Shown: piece after piece, positions 26,214 through 35,246 of the stretch
Layout: each line of letters opens with the position of its first letter
How positions within the stretch are numbered: the stretch's first letter is position 1
From: Gaiellaceae bacterium
GTDB lineage: Bacteria; Actinomycetota; Thermoleophilia; Gaiellales; Gaiellaceae
Direction of reading: 5' to 3'
NCBI GenBank assembly: GCA_035550275.1
Contig: DASZPQ010000023.1
Location: 13,603 to 77,602, forward strand
DNA length: 64,000 nt
Position numbers and translations under genes: made by a program
The notes under the pieces: model-generated
Seen by the model: only the letters and a program-made list of their open reading frames with translations
The model's database searches: none
What the model was told of the DNA's origin: nothing

Positions 26214-27017
26214 CTAGTCGACCGCGCGCCGGTAAAAGCCGCGCGTGCCGACCGCGAGGAGGAGAGCCAGCGATCCCGCGAGCACGAGGAGGCAGATCCA
26301 GGGCTCGATGTGCGGGACGGACGGGATCAACGCTCCGCGCAGGCCCTCGCTCACGTAGGTCATCGGGTTGGCGGCGGTCAGGATCTGGAACCAGCGCAGG
26401 CGCGCGAGCGACGGCCATGGGTACTGGCTGCAGCCGGTGAAGAGCAACGGCGTGAAGACGAGCGAGAAGACGATGTTGATCCGGTTCGGCTTCACCAGCG
26501 TTCCGAGCACGAGCCCGAGCGCGGCGCCGAGAAGCGCTCCGAGCACGACGAAGGCCAGGAAGAGCGGAAGCCCGGCCGCGCGCCACGGGATCGAGCCGAG
26601 GACGAGGATCCCGATCGGGATCATCACCGCCGTCGCGATCAACGACCGGATCGCTGCGAACAGCACCTTCTCGGCCGCGACGAGTCCGGTCGACATGGGG
26701 GCGAGGAGCCGGTCCTCGATCTCCTTCGTCCAGCCGAACTCGATCACGAGCGGGAAGGCGAGCGTCTGCATGCTCGTGACCACGGCGGTGAGCGCGAGCA
26801 GGCCGGGGAAGAGCAGGTCGGCGTAGCCGGTCCGGGTGTAGCCCAGGCTGCCGAGCACCTTCCCGAAGATGAAGAGCAGGAAGAACGGCTGCAGGATCAC
26901 CTGGGCGAGGAAGACCGGAAACTCGCCCCACGTGACGTAGATGTCGCGCTGGAGCACGGCGAGAAACACGCGCCGCTGGGTCGGGACCACGTCGAGGCCC
27001 GGCGTCGTCGCGCTCAT
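26214..27017 (-). CDS. ABC-2 type exporter permease (DrrB-like)
   Basis: 267 aa with 6 TM helices. N-terminus FLAVLQRDIYVTWGEFPVFLAQVILQPFFLLFIFG is typical of the ABC-2 family. ATGA-type overlap with the ATPase gene. Confidence 0.85.
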   Translation of the reverse strand: MSATTPGLDVVPTQRRVFLAVLQRDIYVTWGEFPVFLAQVILQPFFLLFIFGKVLGSLGYTRTGYADLLFPGLLALTAVVTSMQTLAFPLVIEFGWTKEIEDRLLAPMSTGLVAAEKVLFAAIRSLIATAVMIPIGILVLGSIPWRAAGLPLFLAFVVLGALLGAALGLVLGTLVKPNRINIVFSLVFTPLLFTGCSQYPWPSLARLRWFQILTAANPMTYVSEGLRGALIPSVPHIEPWICLLVLAGSLALLLAVGTRGFYRRAVD

Positions 27018-28024
27018 CGCAGCGCTCTCCCGGTCAGGCCGATGAAGACGTCCTCGAGCGTGGGGATGCCGAGCTTCACGTCGGAAAGCGCCGCGCCGTG
27101 CGCGGCGAGCACACCCGCCGCCGGAGCGACCAGGAGCGGAGCATCGCCCACGACATAGAGCCGCACCCGCAACTGGCCGCCAGGGCCTTCGGGGGATTCG
27201 AGCCGCTCGACGCGCTCGACCTCGGCGAGCGCTCCCAGCCCGCCGATGATCGCCTCGGCCCGCGCCGGGTCGTCGCTCTGCGTCGTGAGCTCGAGCGTGG
27301 TGCCGCCGGGCACCGAGCGCATCAAGAGCTCTGGCGTGTCGAGCGCCAGCAGCTTCCCGTGATCCATGATCCCCACCCGGTCGGCGAGTGCAGCCGCCTC
27401 GTCCATGTCATGCGTCGTGAGCACCAGCGTGACCCCGGCATGGCGCAGCTCCTGCAGCCGGTCCCAGAGAAAGAGCCGCGCGGCCGGGTCGAGCCCGGTT
27501 GACGGCTCGTCGAGGAACAGCACCTTCGGCGCGTGCATCAGCGCCCGTGCCACCATCACGCGCTGGGCCTGCCCACCCGAGAACATGTCCGGCTTCACGT
27601 TCGCCCGCTCGAGCAGCCCGAACTGCTCGAGCAGCTCGTCGGCGCGCTGCGCCCGCTCGCGCGAGGAGACTCCGTGGTAGGCGGCGTGGAAGATCAGGTT
27701 GTTGCGGATCGAGAGGGCTCGGTCGAGGTTGCTGCGCTGCGGGATCACCGCGAGCGCGCTCCGGGCCCGCACGGGATCTCGAACCACATCGACGCCCGCG
27801 ACCGAGGCGAAGCCGCTCGTCGGCACGACCCGCGTCGTCAGGACGCCGATCGTCGTCGTCTTCCCGGCGCCGTTCGGGCCCAGCAGCCCGAACACCTCGC
27901 CCGGCTGAACGTCGAACGTCACGCCGTCAACGGCGTTGACCGGCGCCTTCGGATACCGCTTGACCAGGTCGCGAACGCTGACGGCGCTCGTCGCCGCCCG
28001 GTCGACCCCGTTTACCTCACCCAT
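27014..28024 (-). CDS. ABC transporter ATP-binding protein (DrrA/daunorubicin-resistance-like)
   Basis: Walker A GPNGAGKTT, signature FSGGQAQRVMVARAL, Walker B LFLDEPSTGLD, plus a C-terminal extension. Confidence 0.9.
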   Translation of the reverse strand: MGEVNGVDRAATSAVSVRDLVKRYPKAPVNAVDGVTFDVQPGEVFGLLGPNGAGKTTTIGVLTTRVVPTSGFASVAGVDVVRDPVRARSALAVIPQRSNLDRALSIRNNLIFHAAYHGVSSRERAQRADELLEQFGLLERANVKPDMFSGGQAQRVMVARALMHAPKVLFLDEPSTGLDPAARLFLWDRLQELRHAGVTLVLTTHDMDEAAALADRVGIMDHGKLLALDTPELLMRSVPGGTTLELTTQSDDPARAEAIIGGLGALAEVERVERLESPEGPGGQLRVRLYVVGDAPLLVAPAAGVLAAHGAALSDVKLGIPTLEDVFIGLTGRALR

Positions 28025-28033
28025 CGGCCGGCG

Positions 28034-29251
28034 TTACCCCGAGTTGCTGAGTGAGGCCAGAGCCGATTGCTCCCTCGGCGGCTTTGCGCCGGGCTGCGGC
28101 GCCGGCCGTCCCAGCAGCCAGCCCTGGCCGAAGCCGACGCCGAGCTTGATCAGCGCACCGAGCTCGGCGTCGCTCTCGATCCCCTCCGCGACGATCGTCG
28201 TGTCGCTCTTCTCGGCGAAGGAGATCAGGCCGGCGGCGAGCGCCTGCTTTGACCGGTCGAGGTCGATGCCATTGATCAGGGTCATATCGAGCTTGATCAG
28301 ATCAGGATCCAGATTCAGAATGTGGCGGAGGCTGGCAAATCCCGAGCCTGCGTCGTCAACCGCGAGCCGGACTCCAAGGCACCGTAGCTTGCTCACCGCG
28401 TCGGCCAGGCGATCGTAGTCGGCGATCCGCGCGTGCTCGGTGATCTCGACGACAAGCTGTCCGCCGTTCACGCGCGAGACGAGGTCGTGGAAGGCGGTCG
28501 CAGCGAGTGTCGTCGGAGAGACGTTGACGGCGAGGTAGACGTCGCTCGGAAGCTGACGCATCGCGGCGGCGGCCTTTTGAACTGCGACAAGCTCGAGATC
28601 GTCGCCAAGGCCGACTTCTGCCGCGTCCGCGAACCAGACGTCAGGTGTCTGCGTCGGCGGCCCCGCAAACCGCGCGAGCGCCTCGACCCCGATCAGCTTC
28701 CGCCCGCGCAGAGCGACGATCGGCTGAAAGACCATCGCGAAAGCCTTCTCGTCCTGGAGCGCGAGCCGGATGCGCTGCTCTTGCAGCGACTGCTTCTTCC
28801 TGGCCTGGGATTGGATCGCGAGCTGCGAGCTGAGCTCATCGATGATGTCGCTCGTCACCTCGGGCGAGAGGCTGCCCTGGCCTTCGGGCGCGCGCTTGAC
28901 CGCCCGGATGATCTCGTCGATCGGGCAGCCCTTGATCAGGTAGCCGACGACCCCGACCTCGAGCATCGCGAGCACCGTCGACCGGTCGCCGTTTCCCGAG
29001 AGCGCGATCATCTTCGAGCCGGGAGAGCACTTCTTGATTCCCTTTGCCGCCTCCAGGCCGCCGCCGGCGGGCATATCCACGTCGAGCAGAACGACATCGG
29101 GCCGCTGTGCGTCGGCGATGGCGATCGCCTCGGTCGCATCCGAGGCTTCCCCGACGAGCTCGAACGCGGGCTCGCTGCGAATCGAGTCCGCGAGCACGTC
29201 CCGGACGATCGGCTCGTCGTCTGCGATCAACACTCGCAATCGCGCCGTCAC
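28034..29251 (-). CDS. Response-regulator receiver + EAL domain protein (putative c-di-GMP phosphodiesterase)
   Basis: REC domain VLIADDEP...VLLDVDMPAGGG. EAL-domain motifs QPIVAL...GVEALAR, EITEHA, LAVDDAGSGF, IKLD, VAEGIE, GQGW. Confidence 0.9.
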   Translation of the reverse strand: MTARLRVLIADDEPIVRDVLADSIRSEPAFELVGEASDATEAIAIADAQRPDVVLLDVDMPAGGGLEAAKGIKKCSPGSKMIALSGNGDRSTVLAMLEVGVVGYLIKGCPIDEIIRAVKRAPEGQGSLSPEVTSDIIDELSSQLAIQSQARKKQSLQEQRIRLALQDEKAFAMVFQPIVALRGRKLIGVEALARFAGPPTQTPDVWFADAAEVGLGDDLELVAVQKAAAAMRQLPSDVYLAVNVSPTTLAATAFHDLVSRVNGGQLVVEITEHARIADYDRLADAVSKLRCLGVRLAVDDAGSGFASLRHILNLDPDLIKLDMTLINGIDLDRSKQALAAGLISFAEKSDTTIVAEGIESDAELGALIKLGVGFGQGWLLGRPAPQPGAKPPREQSALASLSNSG

Positions 29252-29304
29252 CGAACGTCTCCCGCTGGAATCGTCATCTCGAGCAAGGCGTACATCTTTT
29301 GCGC

Positions 29305-29925
29305 TCAGGCGATGAGTTCCTGTCGAAGGGCGGTCGCAACGGCTTGTGTTCGCGTATTCGCATCGAGCTGCCGCATTGCCTTCTGGACGTGAGTCCGGAC
29401 CGTCTCGGTCGCGATGAAGAGCTGGCGGCCGATCTCCTCGTAGGTATTGCCGTTCGCGAGCAGCCTCAGCACATCGCGCTGGCGCTCGGACAGCTCGGTC
29501 AACTTCCCGGTCGCATTGCCGCTGGCGAGCACACCGGCGAGAGCCGGATCGACATACGTGCCGCCGCCTGCCACGATCTCGATCGCCCGAACGAGGTCGG
29601 CGAGCGGCGCCTCCTTGAGCACGACCCCGCGTGCGCCCGCATCGACTGCCTCGACCAGCAATGCCTGCTCGGCAAAGCCCGTGTAGAGGATCACCGCGGT
29701 CGCCGGCGACGAGCGAACCGCGTCGCGAGCGACGTCGATGCCCGAGAGCTGGGGCATCCGCAGGTCGACGATCGCAACGTCGGGATGCATCGACTCGATC
29801 TTCGCGAGCGCGTCTTTCCCGTCGCGGGCGCGGGCGACGATCTCGATTCCCTCCTCGGTCAGGTAATCGCTGACGGCGTTCAAGACCGCGGGATGGTCAT
29901 CAGCTACCAGACACCGGACTTCCAT
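29305..29925 (-). CDS. NarL/FixJ-family response regulator
   Basis: REC domain LVADDHPAV...AIVDLRMPQLSG, plus LuxR HTH LSERQRDVLRLLANGNTYEEIGRQLFIATETVRTHVQKAMRQL. Confidence 0.9.
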   Translation of the reverse strand: MEVRCLVADDHPAVLNAVSDYLTEEGIEIVARARDGKDALAKIESMHPDVAIVDLRMPQLSGIDVARDAVRSSPATAVILYTGFAEQALLVEAVDAGARGVVLKEAPLADLVRAIEIVAGGGTYVDPALAGVLASGNATGKLTELSERQRDVLRLLANGNTYEEIGRQLFIATETVRTHVQKAMRQLDANTRTQAVATALRQELIA

Positions 29926-30011
29926 CAGGCCATCAACTCCTGTGCAGGGGAATTCGCCTTGAAAAGCATACTCGTGTCAACAGGAAATTGGACTTTCGCA
30001 ACGCGGCATCC

Positions 30012-31091
30012 CTAGACGGCCGGCCGCTTCAGCTCGGATGTGCCCGACTGGGCCTCGGCTGCGCTCGGCAGATAGACCTTGAACGTCGTTCCCCGGCCCG
30101 GTTCGCTCTCGACCCAGATGGCGCCGCCGCTTTGGCGCACGATGCCGAAGGACGTCGCGAGGCCGAGCCCGGCGCTGTCGTCGCTCGTCGTGAAGAACGG
30201 ATCGAAGAGCCGTGCGCGCGTTAGGTCGTCCATGCCCTGCCCCGAGTCTGCGACCTCGAGCAGCACGTAGGCGCCGGGGCCGAGGCCGGGATGAGCTCGC
30301 GCAGACAGCTTGTCGAGGGCGACGTTTTCGGTGCGGATCGTGAGTGTCCCCCCGGCCGGCATCGCGCCGCCGGCGCTCAGCGCGAGGTCTGAGATCACCC
30401 GGCTCAGTTGGCCGCGGTCGACGATGATCGGGTCGAGAGCAGGCTCGAGCTCGGATCTGACCTGGATGCCTCCCCCGAGCGAGCTTTCGGAGGCAGCGAG
30501 CGATTCAGCGACCAGCGCGTTCAGATCGGACAGCTCAGGGCGGAGGATCTGCTGGCGGCTGAACGCAAGGAGCTCGTGGGTGAGCTCAGCTGCCTGACCT
30601 GCCGCCTCGTTGATCCTGACGACCCGCTCGCGGAGCTCGTCGTCGTCCATCTTCTTGAGCAGGAGATCGCTGAGCCCCCGAATCACGAGCAGGACGTTGT
30701 TGAAATCGTGCGCGACGCCCGCCGCGAGGCTGCCGACGGCGTCCAGCTCCTGCGTCTCGCGCAGCCGGCTCTCTCGCCCCTGCTCGGAGACGTCGCGGAT
30801 GATCGCGATCTCGGCCTGCTCCGACTCGATCTCGCCGCTGGACAGCGAGAGCTCCACCGGGAAGGAGCTGCCGTCTTTGCGACGTCCAAAAGGGGCGACG
30901 GATGCGACCTGACCACCTGCCCACGGTTGGCCTGGAACGAGCGCGTCCGCCTGGAGGCCCGCAAGCTCGTCGGCCTGGTAGCCGAAGACCCTGTGCGCCT
31001 CGCGATTTGCATGCGCGACCTTGCCGGCCGAGTCGACGACGATCACAGCGTCAGGAGCATGTTCGAAGATCGTGCGGAATACCGAAGTCAT
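30012..31091 (-). CDS. Cytoplasmic PAS-domain sensor histidine kinase
   Basis: PAS domain IFEHAPDAVIVVDSAGKVAHANREAHRVFGY...RRKDGSSFPVE. H-box AAGVAHDFNNVLLVI. HATPase motifs DSGQGMD and GLGLATSFGIV. No TM segment. Confidence 0.9.
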   Translation of the reverse strand: MTSVFRTIFEHAPDAVIVVDSAGKVAHANREAHRVFGYQADELAGLQADALVPGQPWAGGQVASVAPFGRRKDGSSFPVELSLSSGEIESEQAEIAIIRDVSEQGRESRLRETQELDAVGSLAAGVAHDFNNVLLVIRGLSDLLLKKMDDDELRERVVRINEAAGQAAELTHELLAFSRQQILRPELSDLNALVAESLAASESSLGGGIQVRSELEPALDPIIVDRGQLSRVISDLALSAGGAMPAGGTLTIRTENVALDKLSARAHPGLGPGAYVLLEVADSGQGMDDLTRARLFDPFFTTSDDSAGLGLATSFGIVRQSGGAIWVESEPGRGTTFKVYLPSAAEAQSGTSELKRPAV

Positions 31092-31397
31092 CCACGTGCT
31101 CGCTCACGGATTCTTTGCCTGATCACGATCACTGCTTCGAACGAGCATGTTGTCTTAATGAAGACACGGATTGACCTTTCTGTCTCGAGCCTGTCGATCC
31201 CTGCTTCTCTCCAACCCAGCAACGGCGGAGCTCGCCGTAAACGCTACGTCGGCATCGCTCCCCACTTGCTTTAGGGCCTTGCCTCCCGGGTTCGCGTACC
31301 CGGCTCACCTCTTCCGGATGCCAGAGCGCTCGAAAACGGGGATCGCCGTGTCTTTCGGCGCTGCCGATCGATTGGTCAAGCCAACAAGGGGAGGAAC

Positions 31398-31643
31398 ATG
31401 CTGACCACGATCACCACCAAGATTGCTCTCGTCACCGTTTCTGGAGTCTTGTTCGGATACTCGAGTGGCGCGATCGCGATTCCCTCGACGGACGCGGTCG
31501 GCGTGCCGAGTGCAGGGACGTTCGGCGGCCCGGTAGGCCACGCCGGAACGATCCAGCGCGATCTCGAGTCGGCCGGCACGCTTCGCCGCATCCCCTGCGC
31601 AGGCGGAGCGCTGCCCGGCACCACCTGTTACGCGGCCCAGTAG
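31398..31643 (+). CDS. Small secreted protein (81 aa) with C-terminal C-x9-C loop
   Basis: Strong SD AAGGGGAGG 5 nt before the ATG. N-terminal hydrophobic leader MLTTITTKIALVTVSGVLFGYSSGA, a Gly/Ala/Pro-rich body, and the ending RRIPCAGGALPGTTCYAAQ. No recognisable family. Confidence 0.5.
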   Translation: MLTTITTKIALVTVSGVLFGYSSGAIAIPSTDAVGVPSAGTFGGPVGHAGTIQRDLESAGTLRRIPCAGGALPGTTCYAAQ

Positions 31644-31651
31644 ATCACCCG

Positions 31652-31696
31652 CACCTCGCGAGCAGCGTTCCCCCTCCCTGGCGCTGCTCGCAGGTG
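31652..31696 (+). terminator. Strong GC hairpin (10 + 5 bp stem, 14-nt loop) immediately after the small ORF; terminator or attenuator
   Basis: CACCT-c-GCGAGCAGCG ... CGCTGCTCGC-AGGTG. No U-tract follows, which is common in high-GC actinobacteria. Confidence 0.4.
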
Positions 31697-31901
31697 CGAA
31701 CCACAGCACTCTGACCCGCTCTCTCGTGCCGGTTCCGGCGCGAGTTCGCGCTGGTCCGCACCTCGTCGAAAGGGCGTAGCTCCTTCACCGCTTCGGGTGA
31801 GCGGCGTCGGTCGAATACAGGGATCGCACCGGAATCTTCGTGAGCCGAGGAGATGAGAAGCCCGGCTTCTTGGGGCTCGCATCCCAACTCACGGAGATCC
31901 C

Positions 31902-32846
31902 ATGAACGCCCACAGCACTCGAGCACCTCGCAGGATCGCCGTCGCAACACTCGCGGCGGCCTGCATTGCAGCAGCACTGACGACCGCCGCAGAGGCTGCG
32001 GCCAAGCCCGCACCGCTCACGCGGAATGTCGCCGCCCACTCGACCCGCGCCGCGCAGAAGTCCGGCAGCGCGACCGGCGTCGCGATCGCCATCGTCGACA
32101 CCGGCGTCACGGCGATTCCGGAGCTGAGCGGGCGCCTAGTCGCCGGCGTCGATCTGACGAACAACGGCAGCACGAGCGACGGCAACGGCCACGGCACCGC
32201 CATGGCGAGCATCGCCGCCGGCCAGCCGGCTCCTGGCAACAACGCGGGCGGCGTCTGTCAGACCTGCACCATCCTCCCGGTCCGCGCCGTGGGCAGCGCC
32301 GGGCTCGGCACAACGCAACTCGCCGCGGCGGGCGTCACGTGGGCCGCTGCTCACGGCGCGCGCGTGATCAACCTCTCCCTGACCACGTCCGCCGAAGACC
32401 CGGCGCTCACTGCAGCGATCAACAACGCAGTGAACGCCGGCATCGTTGTCGTCGTCGCCGCGGGAAACTCAGGCTCAGGTGACCCGAGCGCGCAGGGCTA
32501 TCCGGGAGCAGGCACGGCCGAAGCGATCACGGTTGCCTCCGCCAACGGGCTCACCAGCCTCTACCCGTGGTCGAACAGCGGCTCCTGGGTCCAGCTCGCC
32601 GCACCGGGATCGCTCACGGCATCGACCACCACCGGCAAGCCCTTCGCCGCCATTGGCACCTCCGGCTCGGCTGCGTATGTCAGCGGCCTGGTCGGCCAGA
32701 TGCTCTCCTGCAATCCGGGCCTGACCCCGGCTCAGGTGCAGTCGATCCTTCTTTCCACGGGCACACCGTTCGCCCCGCTCGGCTCGAACGGACATGTCGT
32801 GAACGTTGCCGCGGCGGCCGCAGCCGCGGCGTGCCCGGCCGCCTAG
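31902..32846 (+). CDS. S8-family (subtilisin-like) serine peptidase, secreted
   Basis: Catalytic triad contexts VAIAIVDTGV (Asp), GNGHGTAMASIAAG (His) and GTSGSAAYVSGLVG (Ser). Leader contains RAPRRIAVATLAAACIAA. No I9 propeptide is apparent. Confidence 0.9.
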   Translation: MNAHSTRAPRRIAVATLAAACIAAALTTAAEAAAKPAPLTRNVAAHSTRAAQKSGSATGVAIAIVDTGVTAIPELSGRLVAGVDLTNNGSTSDGNGHGTAMASIAAGQPAPGNNAGGVCQTCTILPVRAVGSAGLGTTQLAAAGVTWAAAHGARVINLSLTTSAEDPALTAAINNAVNAGIVVVVAAGNSGSGDPSAQGYPGAGTAEAITVASANGLTSLYPWSNSGSWVQLAAPGSLTASTTTGKPFAAIGTSGSAAYVSGLVGQMLSCNPGLTPAQVQSILLSTGTPFAPLGSNGHVVNVAAAAAAAACPAA

Positions 32847-34789
32847 CGTTCCTCGCTCGGCGGCCTCGCGGAAAGCGCGTTCAGCGCTTCCGTGAGCTGG
32901 TCTTCGGAGAACGGCTTCGCGATGAACGCACCAGGGCCGTCGAGCGTCCCATGGCCGGACATGTAGAGGATGCGCGTGGCCGGGTGGAGCTGTGAGAGTA
33001 CCTTGGCCACTTCGACACCGCTCATGTCCGGGAGCTTGAGGTCGGTGAGCAGGATGTCGATCGCCCGATGCTGGCGAGCCGCGGCGAACGCCTCTGCCCC
33101 GGTGCTTGCCTCGACCGTCGTGTAGCCCGCCGACTCGGCAAACAGGCGGACGACCTCGCGCACGAGCTCGTTGTCGTCGACCACGAGGATCGTCCTCGCC
33201 GTCTCGCTCGGCCCGGTCGCAGGTGAGTCGAGCACCTCCCGCACTTTGTGCGCGAGCGAGGTGCGATTCAGCGGCTTGGGGAGGAAGGCAAACCCCGGCT
33301 CGAGAATGCCGTGGTGCACGATTGCGCCGGTGGCATAGCCGGACGTGTAGAGCGTCTTCAGCTCGGGCCGCTTCTCGGCCAGCTGCTCGGAGAGCTCGCG
33401 GCCGCTCAGCTCGGGCATGACGACATCCGTGAGGAGCAGGTGGATGACGCTCGGATGGTCGCGCGCGAGCTCGAGCGCGTGGCGCGGGCTGTCGGCCTCG
33501 AGCACCGTGTAGCCGAGCTCGGTCAGCACCTCGCGCTCGAAGCCGCGCACGAGCCCCTCGTCGTCGGTGAGCAGGATCGTCTCCGAGCCCCGCGGCGACT
33601 CGCGCTGCGGGCCGTGATCTTCGGGCTGGTCGACGAGGGCCTGCACCCGCGGGAGATAGATCTTGAACGTCGTCCCCTGGCCCGGCTCGCTGTAGACGCC
33701 GATATCGCCACCGCTCTGCTTCACGATCCCGAAGACCGTCGAGAGCCCGAGACCGGTGCCCTTGCCGATGTCCTTGGTGGTGAAGAACGGCTCGAAGATC
33801 CGGTGAGCCGTCTCCGTGTCCATGCCGACGCCGCTGTCGGTGACGGCCAGCAACACGTATGGCCCAGGCGCCACGTCGATGTAACGGGACGTGTGGCTCT
33901 CGTCGAGCTCGACGTTCGCCGTCTCGATCATCAGCTTGCCGCCCGAGGGCATCGCGTCGCTGGCGTTGATCGCGAGGTTCATGATCACCAGCTCGATCTG
34001 GCCCGGGTCGGCCTCGACCGGTCCGAGCGTGGGGTCGAGCACGGTGACGAGCGCGACATCGTCGGCGAGCAGCTGCTTCAGCAGCTGCTCGATCTCGCCG
34101 ACGATCCCGTTGATGTTGAGCACCCGCGTTTGCAGCACCTGCTTCCGGCTGAAGGCGAGCAGCTGGTGCGCCGTCGCGGCTGCGCGTTCGCCCGCGCGCT
34201 TGATCTCCTCGAGATAGTGGCGAGGCAGCTCCCGCCCGTCATCGAGGCGCCGCAGGGCGAGCTCGCTGAAGCCGATCACGGCGGTCATGATGTTGTTGAA
34301 ATCGTGCGCGACACCTCCGGCGAGCTGGCCGATCGCCTCCATCCGCTGCGCTTGCCGGAGATCGTCCTCGCTCTCGCGGAGGGCTCGCATGTCGGCATGC
34401 CTGTGAATCGCGTAGCGGATCGTCCGCTCCAGCAGGCCTGGGCTGATCTCGCCCTTGACGAGGTAGTCGGCCGCGCCGGCCTCGGCAGCCTCGACATCGA
34501 CATCGTGATCGCCTTGGCCGGTCAACACGATGATCGGCATGTCGTGGCCGTTCGCGATCAGCTCCCGGACAAGCTCGATTCCATTGTCGGGGCCGAGCCG
34601 GTAGTCGACGAGACAGACGTCGTACCGCCGTTCGCCGGCTGCCTTCAGCGCCTCCTGGTAGTCGCCCGCTCGCTGGCACTCGTAGCGAACGCTGTCGAGG
34701 CGTGAGAGCAGGTCCTTTGTGAGGAGGAAGTCCTCGTCGTCATCGTCTACGAGGAGAACATCGACCTGGTCTTCCGGACGATCACGCAT
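32843..34789 (-). CDS. Hybrid sensor histidine kinase/response regulator (REC-HisKA-HATPase-REC-REC)
   Basis: N-terminal REC VLLVDDDDEDF..., H-box AGGVAHDFNNIMTAVIG, HATPase DSGVGMD and GTGLGLSTVFGIV, then two further REC domains. ATG 34789 (MRDRPEDQ) is preferred over ORF start 34870 and overlaps the upstream RR stop by 8 nt. Confidence 0.9.
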   Translation of the reverse strand: MRDRPEDQVDVLLVDDDDEDFLLTKDLLSRLDSVRYECQRAGDYQEALKAAGERRYDVCLVDYRLGPDNGIELVRELIANGHDMPIIVLTGQGDHDVDVEAAEAGAADYLVKGEISPGLLERTIRYAIHRHADMRALRESEDDLRQAQRMEAIGQLAGGVAHDFNNIMTAVIGFSELALRRLDDGRELPRHYLEEIKRAGERAAATAHQLLAFSRKQVLQTRVLNINGIVGEIEQLLKQLLADDVALVTVLDPTLGPVEADPGQIELVIMNLAINASDAMPSGGKLMIETANVELDESHTSRYIDVAPGPYVLLAVTDSGVGMDTETAHRIFEPFFTTKDIGKGTGLGLSTVFGIVKQSGGDIGVYSEPGQGTTFKIYLPRVQALVDQPEDHGPQRESPRGSETILLTDDEGLVRGFEREVLTELGYTVLEADSPRHALELARDHPSVIHLLLTDVVMPELSGRELSEQLAEKRPELKTLYTSGYATGAIVHHGILEPGFAFLPKPLNRTSLAHKVREVLDSPATGPSETARTILVVDDNELVREVVRLFAESAGYTTVEASTGAEAFAAARQHRAIDILLTDLKLPDMSGVEVAKVLSQLHPATRILYMSGHGTLDGPGAFIAKPFSEDQLTEALNALSARPPSEER

Positions 34790-35246
34790 ACCCCGAAGCC
34801 CTGCTTGGGAGCTCGACGATCTCGAACCAATAGCGAGCCAGGACCTTGATCGCCTCGGCAAGGCCGGCAAACGTGACCGGCTTCGTGATGAACGAGTTGA
34901 CCCCCAGGTCGTAGCTTCGGAAGATGTCCTCCTCTGCTTTGGACGTCGTCAGCACGATCACCGGAATCTTCCGCAGCTCACTGTTCGTCTTGATCTCGGC
35001 GAGGGCTTCGCGACCGTCCTTCTTCGGCATGTTCAAGTCCAGCAGGATGAGGCCTGGCATCGGCGCATCGGTTGGACTCGTGTATTCGCCGCGGCGGAGG
35101 AGGTAGTCCATGAGCTCCTCGCCGTCGCGCGTGACGCGCAGATCGTTGCCGAGACGGTTCTCCCTCAGCGCCTCGATCGTCATCTGCAGGTCTTCTTCGT
35201 CGTCGTCCGCGAGCAGGATCGTGATCGGTGTCTGAGGTTTTCTCAT
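34782..35246 (-). CDS. Single-domain response regulator (Rcp1/phytochrome-associated type)
   Basis: ILLADDDEEDLQMTIEAL...LILLDLNMPKKDGREAL...PVIVLTTS...NSFITKP. ATGA overlap with the upstream HK gene. Confidence 0.9.
   Translation of the reverse strand: MRKPQTPITILLADDDEEDLQMTIEALRENRLGNDLRVTRDGEELMDYLLRRGEYTSPTDAPMPGLILLDLNMPKKDGREALAEIKTNSELRKIPVIVLTTSKAEEDIFRSYDLGVNSFITKPVTFAGLAEAIKVLARYWFEIVELPSRASGYA

Noticed and set aside
31171-31404. 77-aa ORF (TTG start) upstream of the small secreted peptide gene
   Set aside because: It has no SD, poor coding-like composition, and ends inside the SD and start region of the better-supported 31398 ORF. The region is more likely 5'-UTR or promoter.
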